DNA from: Octopus vulgaris
Taxonomy: Eukaryota
Reading direction: 5' to 3'
Assembly: GCA_951406725.2 (NCBI GenBank)
Contig: OX597823.1
Coordinates: 94,550,001-94,614,000, forward strand
DNA: 64,000 nt
The notes below the pieces were generated by a model. That model was given only the letters and a program-made list of their open reading frames with translations. It searched no databases and was not told the origin of the DNA. Each line of letters begins with the position of its first letter. The stretch's first letter is position 1. The position numbers were made by a program, and so were the translations under genes. Of the stretch, positions 50,218-63,412 are shown in pieces.

Positions 50218-51444
50218 GCTATACAAAATATTGAAGAAAGAACATTATTTACATTTGATGGATATTTGTGCTCATCTTGTTTGCTGTTAACACTAGTTAG
50301 TTTTTGATGGAGATTCTCTATCTGTCTCCATTGAAGTCTATTGTCGGCTTCATACCGATTAGATAATATAGAACTGTACTATTGAAGAAAGAAACCTAGC
50401 TGTTTCTTGCAATGAATATACCTAGAGCAAACTATTTCTTCATAGGCCTCTTAAAGTACTTGATCCCCAGGGATGCATTGTTAGTCCACATTACTGCATA
50501 GAGAGCATTGAACCATTTTTCTGGTTTTTCTGGCATATACTTACTTCAAAATATTTGTATATTTGGTAGATTTCATGATAACCATTAACACACAATCTGC
50601 AAGCTGCTGGCTTCATGCACGTGAAATGTTTCTCAGTCAAACTGGGATAGATGCCATATATAAGACAGGAGGCGAATATTAAGTCTTCCAATCAAAATCA
50701 GTTATGTTCAAGATGTTGTTTTAAACAATTACTCATAATTCATCCATCATCGTTTAACGTCTGCTTTCCATGCTGTCATGGGTTGGACGGTTTGACTGGG
50801 GGTCTGGGAAGCCAAGATGCTGCACCAGGCTCCAATCTGATCTGGCAAGGTTTCTACAGCTGGATGCCCTTCCTAACGCCAACCACTCCCAGAGTGTAGA
50901 GGGTGCTTTTTAAGTGCCACTGGCACAGGGTCCAGAGGGGGCTGGCATCGACCACATTTGGATGGTGCTTTTACGTGCCACTGGCACAGTGGCCAGAGAG
51001 GGCTGGCATTGACCACATTTGGATGGTGCGTTTACATGCCACCGGCCCAGGAGCCAGTCAGGGCAAGGGAATTCCGATGCATATATTTGATTTTGAAATT
51101 AAGCTCGTCATTATGTTCCTCCCTGAACAGGACATCAGTCCATCACTGGATTAAATAATAATAATAATGAAATTATTGTATACAGTGCTCAGGTGCACCA
51201 CAACATTCACTTGATTATTCACTTCTACCAGCCGAGTGGACTGGAGCAACATGAAATGAAGTGTCTTGCCCAAGAACACAATACATTGCCTGGTCCAAGA
51301 ATTGAAACTACAATCTTACAATCATGAATCTAACACCCACAAACACTGAGCCATGCGCCCCCATGCTTTGCTTGCACGGACCCTCCAAAATTTTATGTGG
51401 ACCTTTAGGGTTCATATGGACACCCTGATTGAGAACCAATAGAG

Positions 51445-52000
51445 TATTTCTTTATTAACCATGAGGTTGAGAAAAAAAGGGGATGATACGAGGACAGACA
51501 AAACAAACGGGGTCAGGGTATCGAATGAGACGAAACGTATGAATAAACAAACAATTAAATATATATACAATTAAATGAGAATGAGTGATTAACAAAAAAT
51601 GAAGCAGAGGATGCAGTCGACCCCACAAACCACATACTTACACTGAAGACTTTGCTTTCTCCTTTTTTACATTCTCATTTAAACAGGTTCTTTCACTTGC
51701 AACATACTTGCTACAGACTTCCATCTTTTACGAAACACTTTGTGACAGGCATTTCTTCTCCAGCCTTATTTTCCGTTTCATGTGGAAAACGAAAAAGTCA
51801 ATTAGCTCGAGAATGGAGGTGAACATGCCTGTTGCAATTCCTATAACTCTCGTCTTCCATACTACCTATTTCGCCACAGCAACTACAGAGAGAAAACAGG
51901 CTCGCTCCTCCCTATTCTTAATTACAGATTCGCTCAACAGTTGTACTCTTCTCGAATGCAAGTGTGTGGGAGGTGAGAGAGAGAAAAATGAGACTTTTTG
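51445..52000 (-). mobile_element. Tx1/L1-like LINE 3' remnant
   Basis: FLSVVAVAK*VVWKTR...LIDFFVFHMKRKIRLEKK resembles the Tx1 ORF2 C-terminus; AATAAAGAAAT end. Confidence 0.6.
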
Positions 52001-53948
52001 ACTTTGGGATTTTTCCAAGGACATTTGTGGTGGGTAGACCCAAGAATTAATGACACAGAATGGGGTGCTAACCCTCAGCAACAGGACAAATATTGTGGGG
52101 GCACAGGGTGCTGTTTTATCATTTACTATTAATGCGATATTGTTCTTTGCTTTCATTTTATATTTTGTACCCAAGGGAACTGGCCCTGGAGGCCCGCCCA
52201 CACTACAATGATGTCAAGAATTGTTTGGTCAGGACAGATTTAGTAGAAGACCAAGCACATGTAGCCTTCTCGAAACCGTTTGTGGGAGATTATTTAAGCA
52301 TTAACGTGAATGATGAGAGAAATGGGAGGAGAGAAAGACAGAGTAATAAGAGTGAGAGAGAGTGAGAGACAGAGACTGTCTGACTGAGTGAAGAGAATTG
52401 GAAAATGTTAGATTGATTGATAAATAAACTGTGTGTGTGTGTGTGTCTGTGTGTTTATGTTGATGATTCTGTTTGTGGGTGCATCGATGAATATGTGAGA
52501 TTTTTGTGTGTGGATGAAAGTGTTTGCATGCGTGTGTATATATGACTACGCTTGTGTGTGCATAGGAATGTATGTGTTTGTGGGTCTATGTAGGTAAATC
52601 TTGTGGGTGTATTGATGTGTTTTTGTGTAGATGTATCAATGAATACATTTGTGTGTGTGTGTGTGTGTGTGTAAACGTATGTGCATTCGAGTGTGTGAAT
52701 AAATGTGTGGATTTTCGTGCACGTATAAATGGGTGTGTGTTTTATGTGTAGAGGAATGCATGAGTGTAAACATAGTTGAAGATGAATCCGTGTGTGTTTG
52801 TTGGTGTATGGATGTACACGAATGGACGAATATAAGTGTCTCCCTGGGGCAGTAAATGTACTTGCGTTTGTAACTCTGTCTAGTTGTTAGTGTATGAATA
52901 TGTGTGTTTGTGAATAAATCTGTGGAATTGTGTTTCTGTGAATGAATTTTTATGTGTGAATGATTGAGTGTGCATGTACATGTGTGTGTGTGTGTTCAAG
53001 TGTAGTGTGTGTATGAATATCCGTATGTGTGTGTTTGTTTCCTGTGTGAATATGTGTGCTTGTGTGTGGATGTGTTTTGTGTATGAAAATCTGTGTAAAT
53101 ATGTGTGTGTGTGTGTATATGTGTGTGTTACTGTTCATTCTCTGATATGAAAATTTATCATTATTGTTGTTGTTGTTATTATCATTATTAATAGTATTAT
53201 TATTATTATTAGTAGTAGTAGTAGTAGTAGTATTGTGTTCAACTTGAGATTTCCATTCTTTAATCAAATTGTTTTCTCTACTTTGTCACCATAGAAACTC
53301 TGAATCCTGCATAGCAGATGATGCCAAGGCCACACATTGCCATTTTATCAACACGTTCTATGGTGACACTCATGACAACAACAACAACAAAAACAACTAA
53401 ATTTAACATGAATTAATATTGTTACATAAATATCTTTTCCAACATAGATTTTCTCTTCTAGGCTTCTTCCTGCTTCTATATCATCAGCAGCAACACTTCT
53501 TCTTCTTCAAATTCTTCTTCTTCTTCTTCTTCAAATTCTTCTTCTTCTTCTTCTTCTTCTTCTTCTTCTTCTTCTTCAAATTCTTTTTCTTTCTCTTCTT
53601 CATTTTCTTCTTTTTCTTCTCCTTAGGAGGAATAGAATTGGAGAGGGCACTTGCCCTTGGTATTCAGGGAGATCTTGTATAGTGGGCTTCCCCAATTATC
53701 CTTAGAGGTCCTCCTCTATTAATGGGACCACATCACTATCGACTTTTTTCTCCTACTCTCCCTCTATCTCTCTTACTCTCATATACTTCCCTTTTATTGT
53801 ATATTGTGTACACTTTTCTCTTTTTTTTTTAACCATTCCATTGTACATAAACCCCAACACTTTGTATCTGTCTTTCTATTGTTCCCTCATCCTTCACTCT
53901 AGTGGAAAATAAAAGAAATCAATATTATTATTATTATTATTATTTATT

Positions 53949-54480
53949 GAGTGAGAGAGCAGTGCCTGCCATCAAAGTGACACTGGGGTAAAATATACAA
54001 AGCCCAGTATACCCATCATGACTACCCGTCTGATAAGGGTACACTAAGCACATGCATCACAACCATATCTGCGCAACATAGTGATCTCCTTGCAAGTGAG
54101 ACCCAGTTAGAATTTCCTTCAGGTTTACTAGCCCATCCTACTCAAAAGGTCCCTGAATAAGGGTTGTTTAAGGATATAGAACTAAACATCTGTGTTTTCA
54201 AGGTGAATTATCCAAACCCCAAAGAATTCCTCCCAACACATGGCTATTTTGCTCCCCAACTACTTCTGCTCGTGATCAGAGATGCACATATCGTCAGCCA
54301 CTAAGAGACATGCTCAACTGGTGAAAGTCAAACAATTGACAAGCAAATCTGTGGTATTGAGCAGAATATTTGCTGTAGCCCATCTTTTATACCAAGACAA
54401 AACAATATACATGATAACACTTCCAATCAGTTAAGATCAAAAGCCATGAGAGCCACTGCCTGGTACTGCATCAGGGCATT
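53949..54480. mobile_element. About 555-bp (ATT)n-associated repeat, copy 3
   Basis: Same ends as 1896-2452, both flanked by (ATT)n. Confidence 0.85.
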
Positions 54481-54784
54481 TATTATTATTATCATTATTC
54501 CACTGAGGTCGATTTTGCTTTTCATCCTTTTGGGGTCAATAAATTAAGTACCAGTTATGTACTGGGATCAATGTAATCAACTATTCCCCTTCCCCAAAAT
54601 TTCAGGCCTTGTATTTATAATAGAAAGGATTATTATTATTATTCTGACAAATGTGTTCACCATCAAAGAAACACTGGAGATGTTGCAGCCTTAGTACATG
54701 TTTGCACATTATCTTTCACAGCATGCCCGATCCTCCATTCAGTGGGTTTGACAGATAATGGAGTTCTTAACCAATAGAATGTAA

Positions 54785-55650
54785 CCCTTTTACAGAAAGA
54801 AGAAGAATACATGCTCCAGTCTGATCAGGCATGAACTGGAGCAAGGTACAACAGTCAGGTAGTAATATATGTTGGAGGTGATATATGCAGTTGTCACCTC
54901 TGCTTGACCTTTCAGAGAAAGCTTTCTCTCAACACATTTCTCCTTGAGGAGATCTGGACCAAACCAGACCCCAAGCAATTTAACTGGTCCCTCTGTCCAG
55001 CATCCCTCGACACGGTTGGAAGGCATGGACCTGCCTCTCCTGGTGCTGAGCTGCAGGTCCACTGAATTTCCTTGGTTGGTGTTTTGCTACTGTCACCCTC
55101 TCATATTCCAGTCAAGCTTGGGGTCCAACACTATGGCAGTGACAGAGTCCATGTATGCTGATACGGTTCTCCCATGTCCTAGTTCAAGCTGCACGTTCCT
55201 GAATCACTTTAGCTTTACTCAACAGTGGCTCTAGAACAAATACATATAGAAGAGATGAAAAGGGTCAACCTTGATGGACCAAATGCAAGATGCTGAATGG
55301 TTCCCATGGATAATCATTCACACAAACCAGTGAGCAGACATTGCTGTACATTGCACTAATCTAACTGCAGAAGACGAGACTGAAACTGGTTGCCATGAGA
55401 ACAGCCACCAAGTATTGATTGTCAGTGCTATCAAAGGTTTTAGATTGATCTAAATTAATCAGAGAACAACCTGTTCCAGCTTCATTACTGACCTTCTTTC
55501 TCTATGATGTATTGCATGAGGTAGTGGTTGTCATGGATAGATTTGCCTGGGATGGCGCATGTTTATGTACCACTAATCAGACCCTTGATGACAAGTGCTG
55601 ACTCCTTGCTAACACCTTAGCCAAAATTCTAAAATCTGCATTTAGCTGAG
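54785..55650 (-). mobile_element. Tx1-like LINE reverse transcriptase remnant
   Basis: IPGKSIHDN, LINLDQSKTFD, GPVKLLGVWFG and RKLSLKG-like motifs with frameshifts. Confidence 0.75.
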
Positions 55651-55699
55651 TAATGTGACCCCCTTTGTTTGAGTCCATTTTTAGCAGTGCTACCACTGC

Positions 55700-55798
55700 T
55701 CAACTGGCAGAACTGGGAATCTACCAGTTCTGTAAAGACAGACGAAATATTGCAAAACATTTTATCCAACAATCCAATGATTCTATCAGCTCACTGCC

Positions 55799-55836
<38 letters not shown>

Positions 55837-56760
55837 CCTTTCTACTATAGGCACAAGGCCTGAAAATTTGTGGGGAGAGGACAAGTCAATTACATTGACC
55901 CCAGTACGCAACTGGTACTTAATTTATTGACCCCGAAAGGATGAAAGGCAAAGTCAACCTTAGTAGAATTTGAACTCAGAACATGCAGATGGATGAAATG
56001 CTGTAAGCATTTTGTCTGTCATGCTAATGATTCTGCCAGCTCACCACCTAAATAATAATCTTTTCTACTCTAGGCATAAAGCCCGAAATTTTGGGGGAGG
56101 GGGCTAGTCAATTAGATCGACACCAGTACGGAACTGGTGCTTCATTTATCGACCCTGAAAGGATGACAGGCAAAGTCGACCTCGGCAGAATTTGAACTCA
56201 GAACATAAAGACAGACAAAATACCACTAAGCATTTCCCCCAGCTTGCTAACGTTTCTGCTAGTTCGCCACCTTACCACTGTAATAATAATGATAGACAAT
56301 AAGGATAGCACATTGCGATTTAAATAAACAATCATCATCATCATCACCATCATCATGATTGTTTATTTAACAGTTTAAATGATCTTTCAAGAGATTGTCT
56401 GCCTTCTTCAGGTTCAAAATGTCAAGTGGGAAAAAACGGCAGAAACACAGAAATTCAAAAATATAAAGGAGGGAATCCTGTGTTCTCATTTGCATAAAAT
56501 GGCATCATCAGTTTTTACTTTCATAACTAGTAAAAAGAAAAATAATAATAATAATAATGGCTTCTGATTTAAGCATTTGGTGGGAGGGGCTAAGTATATA
56601 CCCAGAGTCCCAGTACTTGATTGGTCCCGTATTGGATTGACCCCCAGACGAATGAAAGGTTAAGTTGACCTCAGCAAGATTTGAACTCAGAACATAAAGA
56701 GCTGCAGCAAATAGTGTGAAGCATCTTCTGCCACCACTCTAATGATTCTGCCAGTTCACC
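55700..56760 (-). mobile_element. Cluster of SINE family A copies interleaved with (AAT)n
   Basis: Repeated GAATTTGAACTCAGAAC and AAAGGCAAAGTC motifs. Confidence 0.8.
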
Positions 56761-58088
56761 AGGTTTTTGTCAATCAATAATTTATAATGACTGTTTGATA
56801 ATTTACGAATATCAACTTGCAACCCCTCGTTAAAGAGAGAGGGAAAGAGAGAAGAGAAGAAAGAAAGATGTAAAATAAATTGAAGATAAAAGAGAACTTC
56901 ACACATACAGCAGACAGACACACATTCAGACGCAACAAATACACACATGCAACAGATATACACACACACGTACTCACACAGACATGCACACACACACAGA
57001 CGCAATGCATACACACATACATACATACACACACACACACATATGCACTCAGCAGACACACGTATTCACACAGCTACACATTAACACGTACACACATACG
57101 CACACAGCAGACAGATACACAACACACACACACATACAACAGACATACACACACACACAAACACACACACACACACAAACGCACACACACACACACTCAT
57201 GCAACAGACACACACACATATGCACACAGCAGATTAGACACACATACTTACACAGATGCACATGTGCACACAACACACACATGCTTGCAACATGCTCACA
57301 TGTACATAATACACACACACACACACGCAACATACCCAGACACACACACAGTGAACATGTGTACACATATAAAGAGAGACTTCTAAACACTAAAACAGAG
57401 GACGTGTATGCACAGTTTTAAGGGTGCAATGATTGTATGCAACTCTATGACCTCTCTTATATGTGTGTGGTGTGTTTGACTAAATGTGTGTGCATGTTTT
57501 ACATATGTCTACATATACATGCATACATAGATATATACACACATACATACATACATGCATGCATACATACATATAACCTACAAATCTGCAGATAATTCTA
57601 TACATATATACACACGCACATATAAATGTGTGTGTATGTATATATATGTGTGTGTGTTTGTATGTCTATGTATTTATACATCGACAGAAACAAACTCATC
57701 TATGTATACACACACACACACACAATCTATTCATTCAACCAATATCATGACATCAATATCCTGAATTATTCATCAACCACCCCTCTTACCATGCCACCCT
57801 GACGTTGTCACTGCAATATTTATGGGTTTCCTGAGGTTTCCAAAATTACTATCAGAATTAAGTGGCACCAAATTAGCATAATGTTTCTGATTATGCCATT
57901 AGTTTTTAACTTTATTTTATTTTTATTTTATTTTATTTGCTACTAAAATCACTTGAACAGTTTCCCTTAAACAAGGACCATATATATAAATATACATAGG
58001 GAGAGTTTACGAAAAAAACTAAAGACAAAGACAGGTGGTGTACATAACAAACAGATGTATTAGTATAACGCTCGGGAAAAGAAAAAGT

Positions 58089-58124
58089 CTTTTACGTTTC
58101 GAGCCTACGCTCTTCTACAGAAAG
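58089..58124 (-). ncRNA. Minimal type-I hammerhead-like motif (CUGUAGA core variant) with perfect stems
   Basis: CUUU-CUGUAGA-A-GAGC-GUAG-GCUC-GAAA-CG-UA-AAAG inside a repeat (about 57999-58340) related to 16680-16850. Confidence 0.6.
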
Positions 58125-58350
58125 GGACACAGAAAAAACAAGGAGAGAAAAAAATGTGTGTAGTGGCTAACGATCTGGTCTTTCTTTTCTTATATGAATA
58201 TACTAAACCACAGTTTACCATTTAAATTACCAACTTTTGTTAACATTATAGCAAGGCCTATACATAGTGAGGGAATACACCAGTAGTGCCTACGGATACG
58301 TTTATCCCTTAGACAGTTGTATAACCTCTAACTCATAATTTATATATGTA

Positions 58351-59373
58351 CTAGCAGTATCGCCCGGCGTTGCTCGGGTTCATAAGGGAAATAACTATAT
58401 AAGCATTTTTAGAGAGTTACTTCCTTTATAGATGCCAATTCGGGCTTTCTTAGCCATTTCTGTTTTGGTGTCTTCAAGCCATGAAGTCGTTGTTCTAAAA
58501 GAACGCTGGTCTCCTTGACAACGCATTACGACGTTGATTTCCTTAAACTCCCTTCCCCACAGCTTCACGAGGGAGGGAAGAAGGGGGAGAAGCAAACACA
58601 GGTTCAGGTGTTTGAGCGTGGACGCCAACTCCGCCGCCATCGACACACGAAAAATTATGCATTAAAATGGAATAAAAAATTATGTTAAATTATTTTTAAA
58701 ATCGTAGACTCATCGTAGACTTGCGCTAATAGCCAGACGGGCTCGATATTAATCACGACTATAAGATACCCGAATTTGGTTAAACTGCACCGCAAAATGT
58801 GGAAGGAGTTAGGAATCTAAATCGTAGGAGACAGACACTCACACAACTACATTTTTATATATATAGACTAGCAGTATCGCCCGGCGTTGCTCGGGTTTGT
58901 AAGGGAAATAACTATATAAGCATTTTTAGAGAGTTACTTCCCTTATAAATTCGGGCTTTCTTAGCCATTTTTGTTTTGGTGTCTTCAAGCCATGAAGTCG
59001 TTGTTCTAAAAGAACGCTGGTTTCCTTCACAACGCATTACAACGTTGATTTCTTTACACTCCCTTCCACACAGCTTCACGAGGGATGGAAGGGGGAGAAG
59101 CAAACAGGTGCAGCTGTGAGCGTGGACGCCAACTCCGCCGCCATCGACACACGATGCATTTTATGCATTAAAATGGAATAAAAAATGATGTTAAATTATT
59201 TTTAAAATCGTAGACTCATCGTTGACGCACGCTAATAGTCAGACGGGCTCGATATGAATCACGACTATAAGATACCCGAATTTGGTTAAACTGCACCGCA
59301 AAATGTGGGAGGAGTTAGGAATCTAAATCGAAGGGGACAGACACTCACACAACTAGAGTTTTATATATATAGA
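58351..59373 (-). mobile_element. Head-to-tail dimer of non-autonomous Helitrons (58351-58867 and 58868-59373)
   Basis: Each unit runs TC...hairpin...CTAG; the minus-strand junction reads CTAG/TCTATA. Confidence 0.88.
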
Positions 59374-59382
59374 TATATATAC

Positions 59383-59873
59383 TTTTCTACTCTTGGCACA
59401 AGGCCCGGAATTTTGTGGGAGGGGCCAGTCAATTAGATCGACCCTAGTACGCAACTGGTACTTAATTTATCGACCCTGAAAGGATAAAAGGCAAAGTCAA
59501 CCTCAGCGGAATTTGAACTCAGAACGTAATGACAAACAAAACACCACTAAGCATTTCACCCATCGTGCTAACGGTTCTGCCAGCTTGCCACCTTAATAAT
59601 AATAATAATAACAACAACAACAACAACAATAATAATAATAATAATAGTAATGATAACAATCCTTTCTACTATTGACACAAGGCCTGAAATTTGGGTGGGC
59701 GGAGATAGTTGATTACGTCGACCCCAGTGCATAACTGGTACTTAATTTATCGACCCCGGAAAAAATGAAAGGCAAAGTCAACCTCGGCAGAATTTGAACT
59801 CAGAATGTAAAGACAGACGAAAGACCGCTAAGCATTTTACCTGGCATGCTAATGGTTCTGCCAGCTTGCCACC

Positions 59874-59875
<2 letters not shown>
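59383..59875 (-). mobile_element. Two SINE family A copies
   Basis: Reverse-complement head and body separated by (AAT/AAC)n. Confidence 0.85.
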
Positions 59876-59908
<33 letters not shown>

Positions 59909-60477
59909 TGCACACATTTCATCATCATTATCATCATCATTCACATCATGATTACCATTGTCATCATTATAAAATTTCATCAAGATTGTTTCACCAAGTC
60001 CTTTATTTTAAAACTTAATTGAAACAAAAGCATTGTTAATAGAAATATGATATCAAAAGGGTTAAGGGAGACAAGTTTATCTTTAGCAGGACTAACCTAG
60101 AATTAACCCCACCTAAGACATTGCAACAGGTTCTGTGATACAAGCTTTTGTTTTTAAGGAATCGAAATTAAAATCTTCCTTCAGAATTCCATGGTAATTT
60201 TTTCAAGCTTGGTTAATAATGGTGAAGTTATTTTATTAAATACAGGGGCTGTATAAAAAGCACCCATGCTAGTACCATGTAAAGGGTACCTTTTGCTGGT
60301 GTCACATAAAACGCATCTTGTACACTCAGTAAAGCGGTTAATGTTAGTAATGGCATTGAGTCATAGAACCAATTGCAGCCTGGTACAGCTCTCCGGCTTA
60401 CCAGCTTCAGTGGAACCATCAAACTCATGCCAACAGTGAAAACAGATGTTAAATGATAATGATGATAATAAAATAAT

Positions 60478-60750
60478 AATGAAATTATTGTATACAGTGC
60501 TCAGGTGCACCAACTTGTGAAAAGTGCATATAAAGCATATGCAGTAATGTACAAATGTCTGGAAAGCGAACAATGTATGAGTCAGATACATGCTTGTGTG
60601 TGTATGAAGGGGAGAAAATCAGGTGTAGTGTTGGCGAATCTCAGGAAGCATGGAAGTTTTGAAGGATGCAGTGCTCCGACAACTAAAAACTGATGCCGGC
60701 AGTTTGTTCAATACTTCAGCAACTCTTAGCATGAAAACATGTTTCTGAAA
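60478..60750 (-). mobile_element. CR1/L2-like LINE 3' end with (ATT)n tail; same end at 51165-51205
   Basis: KHVFMLRVAEVLNKLPASV resembles the CR1 FF.RV...WN.LP terminus. Confidence 0.6.
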
Positions 60751-60758
60751 TAATAATG

Positions 60759-60789
<31 letters not shown>

Positions 60790-60945
60790 CAACATCGAAA
60801 AATACTTTAGGAATGAGAACCTAGGTTTGAAATTTCCCCAACACATCTGATAAAGGCTGGAGGGTATATAACAAACAAGATGAGGTCAAATATCCATCAA
60901 ATGTAAATAATGTACATAATTCCTCATCTCTTAAATATAGAAGTG
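60790..60945 (+). mobile_element. Penelope-like repeat of the 26400-26573 family with disrupted hammerhead
   Basis: CTGATAAAGGCTGGAGGGTATAT followed by deletion of the CAGCCGAAACGTT segment. Confidence 0.65.
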
Positions 60946-61299
60946 TATCTGTTATCAAAGACATTTCATCTGTGACTTCCTGTCTTTTATATAGGTACAG
61001 TGTATCTAGGAGTACATTATATAATGTTTCCTTCCATTTTTAATACCTTAAAGTGTGGTTTTCAGTAGTTGCTGCTGCCTTTCAATTGGGACAGGTTAAA
61101 AAGGAAAAAAACCAGCTGCCACATTAACAGCTGCAACAGATTAACTGTAACAATGACAACAACAATAGCAAATAACAAACTCTGCTACTCCAATGACTAT
61201 ATAAAAAAAACGAGAAACAGCTGTACAAGGAGTAACAATGCCAGTGTTAACGATGTCTGCAACTTGGTGGTAACCATAACAACAGACACCATAATGATT

Positions 61300-61800
61300 G
61301 TCAGGCCTCACAGAGGCAATGGCCGAGACCTTTGGCATTATGTCGTGCTTCAGAAGAAGACTTGTCAAACTGAGCGAAACCAGTCATCGAAGATACTGGT
61401 GTCACACAAATAGCACCCGTGCCAGTGACACTTAAAAGGCACCCACTACACTCTCAGAGTGGTTGGCATTAGGAAGGGCATCCAGCTGTAGAAACCAGAT
61501 CAGATTGGAGCCCGGTGCAGCATCCTGGCTTCCCAGACTCCAGTGGAACTGTCCAAGACTCGCCAAGCTGAACAAAACCACAGTCATGGAACATACTGGT
61601 GTCAAACAAATAGCACCCGTGCCAGTGGCACGTAAAAGCACCCATTACACTCTCGGAGTGGTTGGCATTATGGAGGGAAGCCAGCTGTAGAAAACCACGC
61701 CAAATCAGACTGGAGTCTGGTGCAGCCTTCCAGTTTGCCGGCCCTGGTCAAACCATCCAACCCATGCCAGCTTGGACAATGGACGTTAAATGATGATGAA
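61300..61800 (+). mobile_element. RTE-like ORF end and 3' tail copies
   Basis: RDLWHYVVLQKK then shared tail ending GGACGTTAAATGATGATG. Confidence 0.75.
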
Positions 61801-62195
61801 TAAGACTATAAATTTAATGGGAATGGAACAATTGATTGTATTGACCCCAGTGGTTGACTGGTATTTTAGATTTTAACCCCAGAAGGATGAAAGGGTAAGT
61901 TGACCTTGCAAGTATTTGAACTCAAAAAGAAAAGGGACATAACTAAATACCACAAGGTATTTTGTCTGACTTTCTAGCAATTCCGCTAAGCCACCTTTGG
62001 TTGTAAGAGCAGCATTGGAACAGTGAAAGGAACAGCAATAACAATAACAACAAATGTAGTTGAATCAGTCAAAATGAGGGAGTAAACTCATCGCCCGGTC
62101 ATTGTTGGTTTGACAGTCGTCATTCTGTGATTCCTATCAACAGAAAGAAAATAAAACCACAGAACATATTGACATGATTAGAAGGAGGCCTTGAC

Positions 62196-62245
62196 ATGGC
62201 TGGCCTCCTGTCACAAATGGAGCCAGTAGGTCTTGACTGGGGATG
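62196..62245 (+). CDS. Weak candidate first coding exon MAGLLSQMEPVGLDWG(x), phase 2
   Basis: GACATGG start, consensus donor ATG/GTAAGT at 62246, unique sequence. Confidence 0.25.
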
Positions 62246-62981
62246 GTAAGTGCCCGACAGAATAATCCTCTTCTCATATGAGGGAGGTAAACCCTAATCT
62301 GGGATGCAATATGTTTCCTGACTCCATCGTTGCCAGAGCGGCTATCTGGCCTCCGTGCTGGTGGCATATAAAAAACACCATTCGAGCGTGATCGTTACCA
62401 GCATTGCCTTACTGGCACCCACACTGGTGGCATGTGTAAAAGATTCAAGTGAAGTCGTTGCCAGTGCAGCCTGACCTGCCCCGTCCAAACTTTATTAACT
62501 CTTTAACATTTAAACTGACCAAATCCTGCCCAAATATCCTGGCCTCTCACATCTACCCTACAATCTCATTCTAAAAAAAAACGAATTACATCATTGAAAT
62601 CTTGAAGCTACAAATTTATGCATTTTTAATTCAAAACAATGTGATTAAATAAACATTACATTTGACACAGAAATTTGAGTGCTAAAGGGTTAAACCTAAA
62701 TTTCCGAAAGTCATGAAGGACATCTGGTGTTGAATGTGATGACTGCAAAGAAGGACAATTAGGATGAGGATTTTTCACTAAATAATAACAAAACTCAGGC
62801 TACAAGTCTGGCAAGCAAAGACAAAAAGGACCATCAACCCCCACTTCAGGTGTAAAAGGGAACAAAATATGCCTCTCATGTATCATGTCTGCTAATTAAG
62901 TTAGAGGAAGCCCAAGAAATATTTTCGTCTCTGGATACGGAAAACTCTTACTGCACTCATAATAGTAAGTGAAAAGATATG

Positions 62982-63138
62982 TCTTTAGACTTTATCACAT
63001 AGTTTAGTCTTTAGACATTATCCCATGATTTAATCTTTAGACTTTATCCCATGATTTAGTCTTTAGACTAAATCAGCACGGAAAACGGACGTTAAACGAT
63101 GATGATGATGATGATGATGATGACTTTATCACATGGTT
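62982..63138. repeat. 26-bp tandem repeat interrupted by a very short RTE tail
   Basis: Unit GTCTTTAGACTTTATCMCATRRTTTA, about 4 copies; AGCACGGAAAACGGACGTTAAAC(GAT)n inserted at about 63076-63122. Confidence 0.75.
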
Positions 63139-63199
63139 TTGAAATAGTCCATACAGGTGATAATTCATGTTATCAACTATTTCACAAGAACCCTGCTCG

Positions 63200-63412
63200 C
63201 CTAGTTCATGTGTGCTTTAAATGGTCTTAATTAGATCAACTATATTTTACTGAGAGCAAAACTTTCCTAGTTTACCTCTGGCTTAAATGGTCTTAATTAG
63301 ATCAACTATACTCACCTGGTTTACCTGAAGCTTAAATGGTCTTAATTGAATCAACTATACAAGAAAGCAAAATTGACCTGGTTTATCTGAAGTTTACATG
63401 ATCTTAATTAGC
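63200..63412. repeat. Degenerate 49-66 bp tandem repeat
   Basis: Four units of CCTRGTT...TTAAATGGTCTTAATTAGATCAACTATA. Confidence 0.7.

Noticed and set aside
63200-63412. CRISPR-like repeat-spacer appearance
   Set aside because: Intervening segments are related to each other, repeats are degenerate, context is eukaryotic and no cas genes are present; it is a minisatellite.
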